Shown here piece by piece: positions 51,686-61,989 of a stretch of DNA of 62,950 bases. The stretch is from a virus (taxonomy: Duplodnaviria; Caudoviricetes): positions 1-62,950 of the IMG/VR virus record IMGVR_UViG_3300050343_000162; one strand, 5' to 3'. Both the position numbers and the translations under genes were made by a program. The notes beneath the pieces were generated by a model, which did no database searches, was not told the origin of the DNA, and was given only the letters and a program-made list of their open reading frames with translations. Every line of letters begins with the position of its first letter. Positions within the stretch are counted from its first letter, which is position 1.

Positions 51686-54105
51686 AATGGTATATAATTT
51701 GATTCATCCTCGTCTTTTTCTTCCTCTTTATCGCTAATAACTATCCACTTTCCTACAAGGTCCCTACCCTCTTGTGGTTTCTCTCCGGTTTTGTAAACAC
51801 AATAGGCATTGATCCATTTGTAAAACCTCTGCCTACTTATAGTCATCTTAGACTTCGGCCCGTAGTCAGGATACTCGTTTATAAAATCAAAGTACACCTC
51901 GTTTAAATGTATGGTTATCTCTGGTGCTATCTTTAAGTTTGGCTCCGCACCCTCAAGCAATCCACACCACTCAATAAAATCATGACTCGTCTCGGCAGAA
52001 AGTTGTCTAATTTTTAGATTAACAAACTCACTCTGTATTAACCCTTTATTTAAGTAAAGTTGAATGCATTGTATCATATAGTTATCAAACACACACCACT
52101 CATCATCATCCCAATCTCCAAAGAACAACCTGCCAAACTCATCTTGTGGTGTATAGTTTTTGTTGTAATGCTGGTGAAGCTCTAGCTCCCACTTCCTTCT
52201 TTGAAATGAATTACCCGCCCCTTTAATTGCATAATTTGTCGTGATGGAAATCTTAGGACTCTTGCTGAATGGAATTTTTATAGCATCTTTATTCTTTTTC
52301 TCAAGAGTTAATCCTTCAGTCACTACACTAAACAATCTTTCAAAGTCAAAGTATTTCTTTACATCATCAAAGCAAAGTATCTGAGTATCTGCTGATACTA
52401 ATTGATAAGCAAATGATTTAGAGAAATCGAAAGCCTTACCATCGATAGTCACTAGCTTTTTCATGTGACTCAGAGCATTCATAAAGATTCCCTTACCTGT
52501 TCCTCCCTCTGGATTGTCAGAGATAACCTCATCATTTAGAATTACCGCAGGACAATACGATAAATTCTTGTGACCATGCATTAGAAATCCTATCGTTGAC
52601 TGCATTGACTCTGTTCTGACAGGATTGTTAGCGCTTATGTTTTCAATAAACTTCTTGTAATCACAATCAACTTGCTCACATCTTTTATAAACTCTATCTA
52701 TGACATGATCTTTCCATACATACCCTCCTAAATCTACATAGTCAATGTCTATTACCTCGTCCTTCTTGACTTGTACTGCGCAGTTCCTGTAATACAAGTA
52801 AGATGAATCCTTAGTATCCGCTATAAAATATATATCAATAGTACCAAGCAGAGTTAAAAACTCTTCACGAAAAAACCTGGTTTGTTCTGCAAAGTAATTG
52901 TATATCGATACATCCTCGAAATGGTATAGCTTGTCAAGTATAAAATCTTTTATCTCCTTCTCGCTTGTATGGTCTATAAGATTATTGGTAACCTTTACAA
53001 ACACATAGTTCTTCCCACCCTCTGGACAATACTTATAAAAGCCATTGTCCTCTAAGAATCTTTTAAAAAGCAAAGGAACAATCTTAATGGTACCCTTCTC
53101 GTTTTTAGTCCAGAAATGCTCATCTTCCTGCTCCTCTGCTTTGTCGATAACGGCCTCAATGTCATCGATTTTTAAATTAGTTTCTTGTAAATCTCTTCGT
53201 ATGTCTTTTTTAGAATCTCCCCTTTTGATTCTTTGCTTTATATCATTGATGGTTTCAGTATCTTCATAGAACTTAGTGTTAAAATCTGCGGTGTTTCTGT
53301 ATGCTGAATCAATCGTGGTTTGTATCTCTACTTTACTAAAGCCTGATGACTCATACTGCGAACACACAAACGAGGCTATGTTTTTACTAACACCAAACTC
53401 ATTCAACGCCATAGCTAGTATATATAAGTTGTGGTTTCTTTGACCTTCAACCATAGGGTATTTGCTCTGGTGCCACTTTGTTAGTATCTCTATTATCTTA
53501 TTCTCGCTTGTAATTTTTAGAACAGGTACATCTTTGATAACACTTCTCTCTTCATACTCCTCCTCCTCAATCTTCTCCCAAACAGATGATGTCTCGTTTA
53601 TAAAAAGCAAACGATCATAAGACTCGTAACATACCCTTGATATATTTTTAGAGGTAGAATCAAAATAAGAAGAGTTAAACTCTTTCTTTAGTGAGTTGAA
53701 ATACTTGGTGTGATTCTCTGGCTCTGGTGGTATCTTAACTAAAACCTTTAGACCATTACCTGATGGAGAAACAAATACAGAATAAACAAACTTATTGTTT
53801 TGGAAGTTCTCCTTGTCTTCCAACATATCCTTTTTCTTTTTGTAACCATCAAAGTCTAAACAAATAAGTCCACTATGTTTTTCTATTGATGAGTCTGCTC
53901 TCTTTTTAAATTCACCCGAGAAGCATATAGCTGGAAGATTTTTCTTTAAATCATTTCTTTTACTCTTATCCTTTTCAGCTCTAATTTTTTTTACTAAGTC
54001 CTGGTTCTTTCCATTCTTAATTCTTTGTAAGATGTATGTTACATCTTTTATAAATGGCGTTTCTGTTTCTCTTATGTTCTGAAATATTGTTACTATGTGA
54101 GGCAT
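51682..54105 (-). CDS. Primase-helicase (VirE-N/BT4734-like primase, PriCT, SF3-like helicase)
   Basis: KKNLP, CLDFD, FVSPSGNGLK, EGQRNH, EGGTGKG Walker A, CFDDV Walker B, ITTN. Confidence 0.88.
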   Translation of the reverse strand: MPHIVTIFQNIRETETPFIKDVTYILQRIKNGKNQDLVKKIRAEKDKSKRNDLKKNLPAICFSGEFKKRADSSIEKHSGLICLDFDGYKKKKDMLEDKENFQNNKFVYSVFVSPSGNGLKVLVKIPPEPENHTKYFNSLKKEFNSSYFDSTSKNISRVCYESYDRLLFINETSSVWEKIEEEEYEERSVIKDVPVLKITSENKIIEILTKWHQSKYPMVEGQRNHNLYILAMALNEFGVSKNIASFVCSQYESSGFSKVEIQTTIDSAYRNTADFNTKFYEDTETINDIKQRIKRGDSKKDIRRDLQETNLKIDDIEAVIDKAEEQEDEHFWTKNEKGTIKIVPLLFKRFLEDNGFYKYCPEGGKNYVFVKVTNNLIDHTSEKEIKDFILDKLYHFEDVSIYNYFAEQTRFFREEFLTLLGTIDIYFIADTKDSSYLYYRNCAVQVKKDEVIDIDYVDLGGYVWKDHVIDRVYKRCEQVDCDYKKFIENISANNPVRTESMQSTIGFLMHGHKNLSYCPAVILNDEVISDNPEGGTGKGIFMNALSHMKKLVTIDGKAFDFSKSFAYQLVSADTQILCFDDVKKYFDFERLFSVVTEGLTLEKKNKDAIKIPFSKSPKISITTNYAIKGAGNSFQRRKWELELHQHYNKNYTPQDEFGRLFFGDWDDDEWCVFDNYMIQCIQLYLNKGLIQSEFVNLKIRQLSAETSHDFIEWCGLLEGAEPNLKIAPEITIHLNEVYFDFINEYPDYGPKSKMTISRQRFYKWINAYCVYKTGEKPQEGRDLVGKWIVISDKEEEKDEDESNYIPF

Positions 54106-54202
54106 GATTTGATTTTATTTGATTAAAAAAAGATGGGAGGATGACTAATAATATGAAAAAAAAACGATTCCTCCCACCTTAACATTAAAATTAATTTTAA
54201 AA

Positions 54203-54454
54203 CTAGAAAGGCAGATTGTCCTTTTCCTCAGACTTATCTGCTTTATCTCCTGTTTTTACATAGGGTGTACTAACTTGAATGGACAGCTTGTAGTCTCCTG
54301 CCTGGGTAGTTCCCTCCCATGCAGAAATCTCAAACTCTTTACCATCTAGGTCAGTCATTGTTCCCTTTAAATCCGGTTGGGTATCCTTTTCTTTGTAACT
54401 ATTTTTGAAAAGTGAACCTCTTCCTTCTTTGTGTTTGTATTTAGTTGTACTCAT
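54203..54454 (-). CDS. Small ssDNA-binding-like protein
   Basis: GSLFKN..KE...PDLKG...ISAW and acidic tail ending DNLPF. Confidence 0.65.
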   Translation of the reverse strand: MSTTKYKHKEGRGSLFKNSYKEKDTQPDLKGTMTDLDGKEFEISAWEGTTQAGDYKLSIQVSTPYVKTGDKADKSEEKDNLPF

Positions 54455-54469
54455 AGATTATATATTAAA

Positions 54470-55252
54470 TTAAAATTCTCCTTTAAAAATTATATCCTCG
54501 ATACTTTCCTCTGCACCTTTTGCAAAATATTTATCGTAGTGATACAATGCTTGTTCCACCTTCTCCTTTGCTCTCGCAATTGTTTCAGGAGTTGGATTAA
54601 ATATACCGACATCATAAGTCATTGTGCCTGGTTTTGTTCCGATAGGCTTTTTGGTTTTTCCAATTACAAAAAATACCATAGGCATACCTGACAAGGTTTG
54701 ATATATATACGATTGTGTATCGTAATAGTAGTAAGGTGCATTTCTGGTAAACTTAGCGACATCTCCAGATGTCTTGAGATCTATTACCATTCCCTTGCTT
54801 ATACAATCTGCCTTCCCTTTAAACTGATGCCCCATAATTTCGCCAATCATTGGCTCTTCATACTTAGCATCAAAGTCTAAAAGGTAATCCTTCATAAACT
54901 TAACCTTGTTGTTATTCTCGTTCATAAACCAATCGACTAACTCTTTAATCTCATCTGCCTCTGATGTTTTTAAAGCAAAGTCCACCTTGTTGTCTTCCAA
55001 AAACTTTTTATAAGAAGCGTCTCTCCTGGATACATCTGCTATTAAAAAGTCTTTAGCTTTGTCAGGTTGTAGAATTAATTCGTGAAACAATTTACCCTTC
55101 TCTAAGTTCTCGTTAGATTTTACCGGCAAATGAAACGCCTCTGGATTTTCTCTAAGTACTTTGATGTCACTGTTTGAAATCCATTGTTGTCCATATTTCC
55201 CGTAGTAATGTTTGTCCTCTCTTAGCTTCTCAATAATCTTTTTATTTTCCAT
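54470..55252 (-). CDS. PD-(D/E)xK exonuclease, RecE/ExoVIII (DUF3799)-like
   Basis: ISNSDIK, GKLFHELIL, FKGKAD...VIDLKT, Y..QSYIY. Confidence 0.8.
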   Translation of the reverse strand: MENKKIIEKLREDKHYYGKYGQQWISNSDIKVLRENPEAFHLPVKSNENLEKGKLFHELILQPDKAKDFLIADVSRRDASYKKFLEDNKVDFALKTSEADEIKELVDWFMNENNNKVKFMKDYLLDFDAKYEEPMIGEIMGHQFKGKADCISKGMVIDLKTSGDVAKFTRNAPYYYYDTQSYIYQTLSGMPMVFFVIGKTKKPIGTKPGTMTYDVGIFNPTPETIARAKEKVEQALYHYDKYFAKGAEESIEDIIFKGEF

Positions 55253-55859
55253 AGAGTTCTTTGTTAAGTTTTTCTATCTGAGTCTCGTCCACTATGTACT
55301 TATCCATAAGTCTTGATAAGATAGTATCCCACTTTACTTTCTGAGACTGAAGCCTCTTTGATGTCTCTACTATCTTAGACCAATTGTCGTCTGTTACCTT
55401 GACTTTTTTAACCGAACTCTCTTGGTTTGACTTGCTAATTTCCTCAGCAGTTATTTGAGGTATATCCTCCCCTGCGTATATATATAGTCCCATTCCATGC
55501 ATAGCTAAGTTTTTAGTTAAACATCTCATAAGTGTACTATTGATCTGAGTTGAATTTGGTTTCAAAACCGATTGGTTTCTATTGTCCATAACAGGAAGCC
55601 ACATCTCTAGTGTTTCCTCTTTAATCGTTACAGAAGTATGACAAAAAGCACCCACCCCCTCCTTGTAGGAGAATGGTAAGTTGGTTTCTGAGTCTCTGTA
55701 ATATGTATAGGTAGCATCAGGAAAAGTTTTCTTTACCTCTTGCCACGCCCACGACCAAGACAGATAAGTAAGTTGACCTTTCTTTTCTGTCCTATCGTTC
55801 ACATTGACTGCATTCAGCACATCAAATGTGGATTTTTTATTAATAGTTTTACTTGGCAT
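55242..55859 (-). CDS. Sak-like single-strand annealing protein (DUF1071)
   Basis: LTYLSWSWAW, MWLPVMDNRN, INSTLMRCLTKNLAMHGMGLYIYAGED. Confidence 0.88.
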   Translation of the reverse strand: MPSKTINKKSTFDVLNAVNVNDRTEKKGQLTYLSWSWAWQEVKKTFPDATYTYYRDSETNLPFSYKEGVGAFCHTSVTIKEETLEMWLPVMDNRNQSVLKPNSTQINSTLMRCLTKNLAMHGMGLYIYAGEDIPQITAEEISKSNQESSVKKVKVTDDNWSKIVETSKRLQSQKVKWDTILSRLMDKYIVDETQIEKLNKELYGK

Positions 55860-56259
55860 TTGTTTTAATTTTAGTTAGTTTTTGAGTAACCTTATAATAC
55901 TTATTTAGGATTTGCTGTCTGGCTTCTTTTAAATATAAAAGCCTTTTGTTACTCTTGTTCCCATTAAGTTCGCTTGATATTCCTAATTTAATTCTATCAA
56001 GTTTTTTTTTATATTTTTCTAATGTAATTTTATATACTCCTACACTCCACCCCTGATTTAAAATAATTTCTAAATTTTCTCCTTGCATTTCTACATAATA
56101 ATTACCCGCAGAGGATAAGTCATATATCTTTACCCTCTTTGTCTCTATATCTTGAGCTATTTTTATTCCTAATTTCATTCTGGCTTTGTAACCTTTTCCG
56201 TCCATTGAAGTTGTCCCTGGATCATTTACTGCCTCCATAAAAATACTACTCAACATCAT
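55849..56259 (-). CDS. Hypothetical protein
   Basis: 136-aa ORF in the operon. Confidence 0.65.
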   Translation of the reverse strand: MMLSSIFMEAVNDPGTTSMDGKGYKARMKLGIKIAQDIETKRVKIYDLSSAGNYYVEMQGENLEIILNQGWSVGVYKITLEKYKKKLDRIKLGISSELNGNKSNKRLLYLKEARQQILNKYYKVTQKLTKIKTNAK

Positions 56260-56557
56260 GGTTTATCTTACTTAATTTATCTATAATATAAACATAATCT
56301 TTATCTTCCTCAATTAGTTTTTTAAATGCAGTTATACCATAGTGTATGATTTCTTGCGGTACATCTTGGTTAATCTTTTTAAGATAACCGCTTATTTCTT
56401 TTTGTCCCATGTTTGATTTAACACTACATAAATAAAACAGCATTTGTCTTGGCTTTACTATTTCATCTTTCTTCGTTTTTTCAAATAATTCTTCAACAGA
56501 AATATCTAAATAGTTAAGTATGTTCTCCAGGTATTGTTTGAATATGTGTTCTTTCAT
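56246..56557 (-). CDS. Second DnaA_C-like HTH protein
   Basis: ISVEELF.KTKKDEIVKPRQMLFYLC...IIHYG. Confidence 0.65.
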   Translation of the reverse strand: MKEHIFKQYLENILNYLDISVEELFEKTKKDEIVKPRQMLFYLCSVKSNMGQKEISGYLKKINQDVPQEIIHYGITAFKKLIEEDKDYVYIIDKLSKINHDVE

Positions 56558-56724
56558 TGTATTTCTTTTAAGTCGGTTATAATTTCTTCAAGTTGATTGC
56601 CTTGTACGTATGATAGGTTTCCAGAGGTATCTTGCAGTTTCTCTAGCTTGTCAATGGACTCAGAGACTCTATTTATGATAGCCTCTATTCTATACTCATA
56701 CAATTTTATTTGTTCTTCCATAAA

Positions 56725-59081
56725 TTAAAAGTTTAAGAGTTGTAATCTTTTGCTATATTTTTTTTGAAGTTTTGTTTTGAATATTATTTTACGAATAAGA
56801 GTTTTATCATTGACGGATCTTAACCTCTTTCTCAAATTGTCGCATTCAAAATCTAAACATAATATATACTCAGCAATATATTGTCTATGTTTTTTCTTTC
56901 TGATTAGTTTTTTTAGTTTCATTTTTAATAAAATAGTTGTTAGTTATAGTGTATTTGACATCATAAAATAATGTTCCTTGATGTTTGCAGTCCAGACAAA
57001 TGTAATCATGTGAAGCATAATCGCCTAAATATTCAAAAGTTTCTAGCACTATGTTTTTACTCTCACACTTTTTACAAAACTGATTGTCCATTTTGCAAAT
57101 ATATTAATTTTAATAATAATTTAAATAAATTTTAATAATAATCATATCATTTTATTTATTTTTTATATTCATTTCATATATAATTTCAGTCGCTTCTTTA
57201 TATATTTCTTTATTGTTTTTTGAATTAGGTGTTAAGTAAACGTCCTCTTTATATACATCAATGTTTTCTACTCCAGAATCAGAATAATAATCACAGCTAA
57301 CTCTATAAATATTTTTATTGTACTGAAATTTAACATCTACCAGGAAGATGTGAGCCTGGACTTTTTGGTTTAATATTTTTCTCATTACCAATCCAAAGTT
57401 TTTTGATCTATATGAAACTGCTCTCTGAAAAACACATCAACTTGATGTTCTAATTCATCAGTAATTTCTAAATCCTTGTCCACCCCATATATATTTATAT
57501 CATATATACCTTGACCATTGACTTCGTAATAACAATACGCCCCATACTTTTCATTTTTATATACAAAGTATATAGTTAAGGAGAAGTGGTTAACTTCTGC
57601 TAATTCTGAGGTAACATTAATTACGCTATCCTCTCTTTCTTTTAATTCGTAGTCGTGTCGTTCCATAATTTTAAATGTTTAAATAATTTGTTTCATGAAT
57701 CCAATCGTATTGAATATCCTCTGAATCTTCAAAAAATCTTTCTAATGCTAAATCATAATTAACATTATTTTTGTCCAATATTTCTAATGTAGAGTTTAAC
57801 TCATTTAATTCTTGTGGGTGTATGTTATAATATACATCAGTATCTTTAAGGTATTTTTTATAATCTTTTTGATCGCACATTATTACAAAAGCTAATTTTG
57901 TTTTATTTCTATTTAATTTTTTTACTAAGTTTTCCATAGTTTTAGTTTTTAGATGATGTTTTCTTTGTTACAATTTTATTTAAAGAATCTCCAATTCTTT
58001 TTAGAGTTTTATTATCAAACCAATTTATCCAATCATAAGCTGATAGCTGAATAATAATTTCTTTATTATCCCAATCTAACATTTGAATTGTTAAGTGATC
58101 TGATTCTTTATCTGGATAGGATAGCCCTATTATTTCTTTTATTTCTGATTTGATAACCTTTGCCTTTCCTAAGCAAATGGTTGCTTCTTTGTTGTCTGTT
58201 AGAGTCATAGTTTTAGAGTTTAGTTAGCTTTAATTAAAAAAAAAGCCTTGAGTTTATCGAATCGGTCATGCTCAAGTGAAGCGTATCGCCCTTTTAGTTT
58301 CGTGCCTTTGCCTACTTTTTTATTTTATTTTTTTAGTTCGTTGTTTGTTATTACTCCTAAATCTTCTAGTTCAGAGAATATTTCATACTCGTTGTCTATA
58401 ACATAGTCGTAAATTTTATCGTTAATAAATTCAATAATCTTTTCTGAATATACTTCAATAGATTCTTGACAGATTTCAAGAAAAAAATCTTTTTGTTTTT
58501 TAGTTAATTCTTCATCTTGTTTTATATCTATTTTATATCCAGAGTCCGATCTCATTTCTACTTGGTGTGATACTTTGTAAAATGTATCTAAGTATCTCCA
58601 ATCTAATGTGCAATGTTTTACTTTTTTGTCCATAGTTTTAGTTATTTTTAAGTTGCTCATTTAGTTTTACATATTCTTTCCATACTTCCTGGAATGTTCC
58701 TTTCATCTGGAATACCTTTTCTCCTTTGTTTACTCTGTCTCTATTTGATTTGTTCTTGTTTTTCATTGTTTATTATTTTAAGTTTGACATTTATACCCCC
58801 TCAAGATCTTCAAAAAAGTTCTCTGGAGTTGTTGTTGTTGGTATTGGCTTATCGCAGTAAGCACAATAGAATTTACCAAATTCTCCATTAGTTAGGAATT
58901 TAGTTTGTTTATTTACTTCTAATTTTTTATGGTCTGGCAAGTCCTTGAATTGAACTACAATCTCGTTGCCCCTACAATCTTCTTGTGCCTCGTTTTTGTC
59001 GGCAAAGAATACAATGTCTCCATTGTTAAATGTATACAAGCTATCGTTAGCTTTATCATATAAGTAATAATCTGTATTCAT
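56725..59081 (-). CDS. Array of small hypothetical genes (56725-56922, 56885-57091 CxxC/CxxC Zn ribbon, 57152-57391, 57385-57666, 57671-57937, 57942-58208, 58325-58660, 58791-59081)
   Basis: Tightly packed co-oriented 65-111 aa ORFs with AT-rich leaders. Confidence 0.65.
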
Positions 59082-59107
59082 ATTAGTTATTTAATTAAAG
59101 TTAAAAT

Positions 59108-59136
59108 AAACCTGGAGAATCAATCCAGGTTTTTTT
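59108..59136. terminator. Possible bidirectional terminator hairpin
   Basis: aaacctgga-gaatcaa-tccaggtttttt. Confidence 0.55.
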
Positions 59137-59202
59137 GGCTATGGAGTCATAACTTCCATTGATTCAGATATTACGGTTTATGTTGAATATCCGCCACTTA
59201 GT

Positions 59203-59355
59203 AATAGGGGGGAGGACTCGAACCTCCGACTTCTATACCCACCATTTCCGCTTGTTCTAGAATTGAGTTCCTGGTGTTGTTAGAATTAATTAATAGCTTA
59301 ATTACGGCTTTAAATTAACTTCAAGTATAGCTTCTACCTACTGAATTACCCCTTT
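59203..59355 (-). ncRNA. tRNA-like RNA with an 86-nt loop in place of the anticodon loop
   Basis: Acceptor AAAGGGG/CCCCTAT, D-arm ATTC-AGTAGGTA-GAAG, stem CTATAC/GTATAG, variable loop AAGTC, perfect T-arm GGAGG-TTCGAGT-CCTCC. Confidence 0.7.
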
Positions 59356-59361
59356 TAATTG

Positions 59362-59817
59362 TTACCAGGAAGCTTTATAGGAAAACTCATCTTCTAAAGC
59401 TTCACTATTGCTTAATATTTCCTCAAGCTCATCAGCAGTTACCTGGAGATCTTGCCAATAATCTTCGTCATATTCATCAGAGCCAAAGAAAAAACCTCTT
59501 GAAGTCGGAAGCACCGACTCCGCATGGTCTTTGTTTTTCAATGAATATAATATATCGTCCAGGAGGTTTGCTAATTGCTCGCTACTTACATAATATTCAG
59601 CACAATTATCAATTCCGTTTTGAATATTCTTAACAAACCATTGATGAATTTGATTAGCTTTACGCCAATAAATTTCCTCAAATTCTATTGTCATTACTTT
59701 TGAGGAGTCAATACTTCTTCCATTTCTGGAAATTTTGACATTATGTTTTTGTTCCTCTGGAGTATGCTCCCAATTTTTAACATACTTTTTCCTGGTTAAA
59801 TACATATCTAATCCCAT
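59362..59817 (-). CDS. Conserved phage hypothetical protein (MGLDMYL...YWRKANQIH...GFFFGS)
   Basis: Recognisable widespread phage motif set. Confidence 0.8.
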   Translation of the reverse strand: MGLDMYLTRKKYVKNWEHTPEEQKHNVKISRNGRSIDSSKVMTIEFEEIYWRKANQIHQWFVKNIQNGIDNCAEYYVSSEQLANLLDDILYSLKNKDHAESVLPTSRGFFFGSDEYDEDYWQDLQVTADELEEILSNSEALEDEFSYKASW

Positions 59818-59943
59818 TATTTCAAAATTTTATGAAGAGCGTTAATCTCCTGGTTAGACATTTTATTTATTTTATCCCAATTTATAACGCTTGGTTTTTT
59901 ACCGCCAAATGCATTATTAATGAAATCTAAATCATCTTTAATT

Positions 59944-60300
59944 TTATTTTTGCTCATAATTTTTAATTTTAGTTATCATATTAGTAATTTGGTCGGTCGT
60001 TTGCCAACCTAAAACATCATCAAAAGAATCTTCAAACTCCTTTGTAATGAATTTATTTTCTTGGTCTAATACCGCTACTTCAAAACTTGTTTTTCCGTTG
60101 CCGTAATATCCCTGATTTTCTCCCGCTACTACTGAAAGCGTGAAGCCGTTTTCAAAGGTATATTTTGCCTTTTTTTCTCCTAACATTCCTACTTTGAATA
60201 TTAGTTCCTCGAAATAACTAATGTCTTCAACATTCTTTACTTCGTCAATAATACTATATTTTATTAAATCTTTTAATATTTCTGTATTTGATTTTTCCAT
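59944..60300 (-). CDS. Conserved phage hypothetical protein (FENG..SVV..YG...FEVAVL..DDVLGW)
   Basis: 118-aa ORF with a recurrent early-gene motif. Confidence 0.7.
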   Translation of the reverse strand: MEKSNTEILKDLIKYSIIDEVKNVEDISYFEELIFKVGMLGEKKAKYTFENGFTLSVVAGENQGYYGNGKTSFEVAVLDQENKFITKEFEDSFDDVLGWQTTDQITNMITKIKNYEQK

Positions 60301-60315
60301 AATTTTTGAATTTTT

Positions 60316-60338
60316 AAAAGGGGAGACTAGGTCTCCCC
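60316..60338 (-). terminator. Rho-independent terminator (minus strand)
   Basis: ggggagac-tag-gtctcccc with an A-run on the + side. Confidence 0.75.
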
Positions 60339-60350
60339 ATGTTAAACTAA

Positions 60351-60737
60351 TTAATTGACTAACATTGATTCCATTTCTGAAATCAAATTCTTTATATCAT
60401 CTTCGGTTAATCGGTCGGATAGTTCAACCTCTAATGAATTTAGAAGCTCTTGTCCTTTCCAATATGCGTAATGATTTACTAGGGTTTCGGAATTGTCAAA
60501 AGTCGTCTGAATTTCCCCGAAATTGACCTTTTCTTGCTCGTTGCAGTAACTCATCACTTCCCAAACTGATAAATCGTTATCTTTAAGCCATTGGTTAGCT
60601 CTGGAGTAATAAGTTATAAAATAATCTTCATTAAATAAATAATGGTGCAGATCATCAGAATATTTATCCTCTAGGGATCCGTCTTCGAGTTTATCAATTG
60701 CGTGTTCAATTATACTCGATTCAATTGTTTTTGTCAT
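60351..60737 (-). CDS. Acidic early protein, possible Ocr-like DNA mimic
   Basis: D/E-rich helical 128 aa, DDLHHYLFNEDY motif. Confidence 0.45.
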   Translation of the reverse strand: MTKTIESSIIEHAIDKLEDGSLEDKYSDDLHHYLFNEDYFITYYSRANQWLKDNDLSVWEVMSYCNEQEKVNFGEIQTTFDNSETLVNHYAYWKGQELLNSLEVELSDRLTEDDIKNLISEMESMLVN

Positions 60738-60741
60738 AATT

Positions 60742-61107
60742 TTAAAATTTAAGTTGAAATTGTTTTGCTTTTTTTACTTCCTCCTGGAGTTGTTTTATTT
60801 TCTCCTTGAGTTCTTTTATCTCTTTACTTTTACCTTTATCAGCCCATATCTGTTTTTGTTCGTCTTCTTTTTCAGATTGTCTATAATCCTCTATATATAG
60901 AAATATTCTATTTAAAACTAAGCCGACATTTTTTGCCTTTATAGTTTCTCTTGTAGATTTTTCCGCACCTCTAAAAAAAACTTCTTTCCATGCTTCCTGG
61001 ACTTCTTTTAAATCTGTTTCTTCGGGTCGCATTAAAACTCCTATCGGAATTCCACTCAAGTAAAAATCATAATCGTAAAATTTTATATCTGGGTATTTAT
61101 AAGCCAT
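60742..61107 (-). CDS. Hypothetical protein
   Basis: 121-aa ORF. Confidence 0.65.
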   Translation of the reverse strand: MAYKYPDIKFYDYDFYLSGIPIGVLMRPEETDLKEVQEAWKEVFFRGAEKSTRETIKAKNVGLVLNRIFLYIEDYRQSEKEDEQKQIWADKGKSKEIKELKEKIKQLQEEVKKAKQFQLKF

Positions 61108-61413
61108 AATTTTATTTTTTTATATAATTTGGAAGATGTTTGATGTATTCATTTAAATCATCATTTGTAAATACATCTGCGTATTTTGACGGGTTTTTAT
61201 CTTCTTTGATAAAATCATAATCTCGGGAACAATCCCAAAATTTCATAGCTCGGTCATCTGTATCACAAATAAATGCGTCAATGTTTTGAAATTCATCGCA
61301 AAGCTCCAGAGCCGTTTTTTTTATCTGGAGCTTTTATATTAAAGTCATATTCATAAGTTACAACCATTCTAAATTTAAATTGTTTCATGTTAGTATTTAT
61401 TAGTTATTAAAAG

Positions 61414-61641
61414 TTATCTCTCATTGCGTTTTTTAAGTAGCATTTGAGTAGTGTTAGCAATACCCCATTTTCTAAATGTTGGGATATTTTTTCGGCAATG
61501 AAACATTATTGTCTCATCCTCGTCTAAATTTCTGCACTCTAATTGTTTTCCTGTTATATCAGTTACAGGAAACCATTTATTTCCAAAGTCGTCATCTAGA
61601 AAAGTTATCCAAGCCATTTCTTTATTTAAGTTAATTTTCAT
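61414..61641 (-). CDS. Hypothetical protein
   Basis: 75-aa ORF. Confidence 0.6.
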   Translation of the reverse strand: MKINLNKEMAWITFLDDDFGNKWFPVTDITGKQLECRNLDEDETIMFHCRKNIPTFRKWGIANTTQMLLKKRNER

Positions 61642-61678
61642 TTTATTAATTTTTAGTTAGAAAAAAAATGGGGGGTTT

Positions 61679-61927
61679 TTAATTCCCCCAATCATCATAA
61701 GTTAAAGTTTCTGTGAGATATATTTTTTGATTTCCCTCAGATGAATTGAAATAAAATTCAAATTCTGTATCTGTATAAATTTCAAAAATTCCGTTTTCTT
61801 CTTTAGCTTTTGCAATTTGATTTTTTGTGAATTCTTCCGCTTTCTCTCTATCTGTGAAAACGTAATAATCATTATAATCTTGTAACTCTTCAGTTAATGC
61901 AACTAGATAAATTAAAATTTTTTTCAT
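61679..61927 (-). CDS. Hypothetical acidic protein
   Basis: 82-aa ORF. Confidence 0.6.
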   Translation of the reverse strand: MKKILIYLVALTEELQDYNDYYVFTDREKAEEFTKNQIAKAKEENGIFEIYTDTEFEFYFNSSEGNQKIYLTETLTYDDWGN

Positions 61928-61950
61928 GTTAGTAATTTTTTTAATTAGTC

Positions 61951-61977
61951 AAAAAAAGCGGAGCAATTAAGCTCCGC
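61951..61977 (-). terminator. Rho-independent terminator (minus strand)
   Basis: aaaaaaa-gcggagc-aattaa-gctccgc. Confidence 0.75.
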
Positions 61978-61989
61978 CAATTAATTAGT

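Noticed and set aside
59203-59355. Canonical tRNA or tmRNA
   Set aside because: No 7-nt anticodon loop, no G3-U70 alanine identity pair, and far too short for tmRNA
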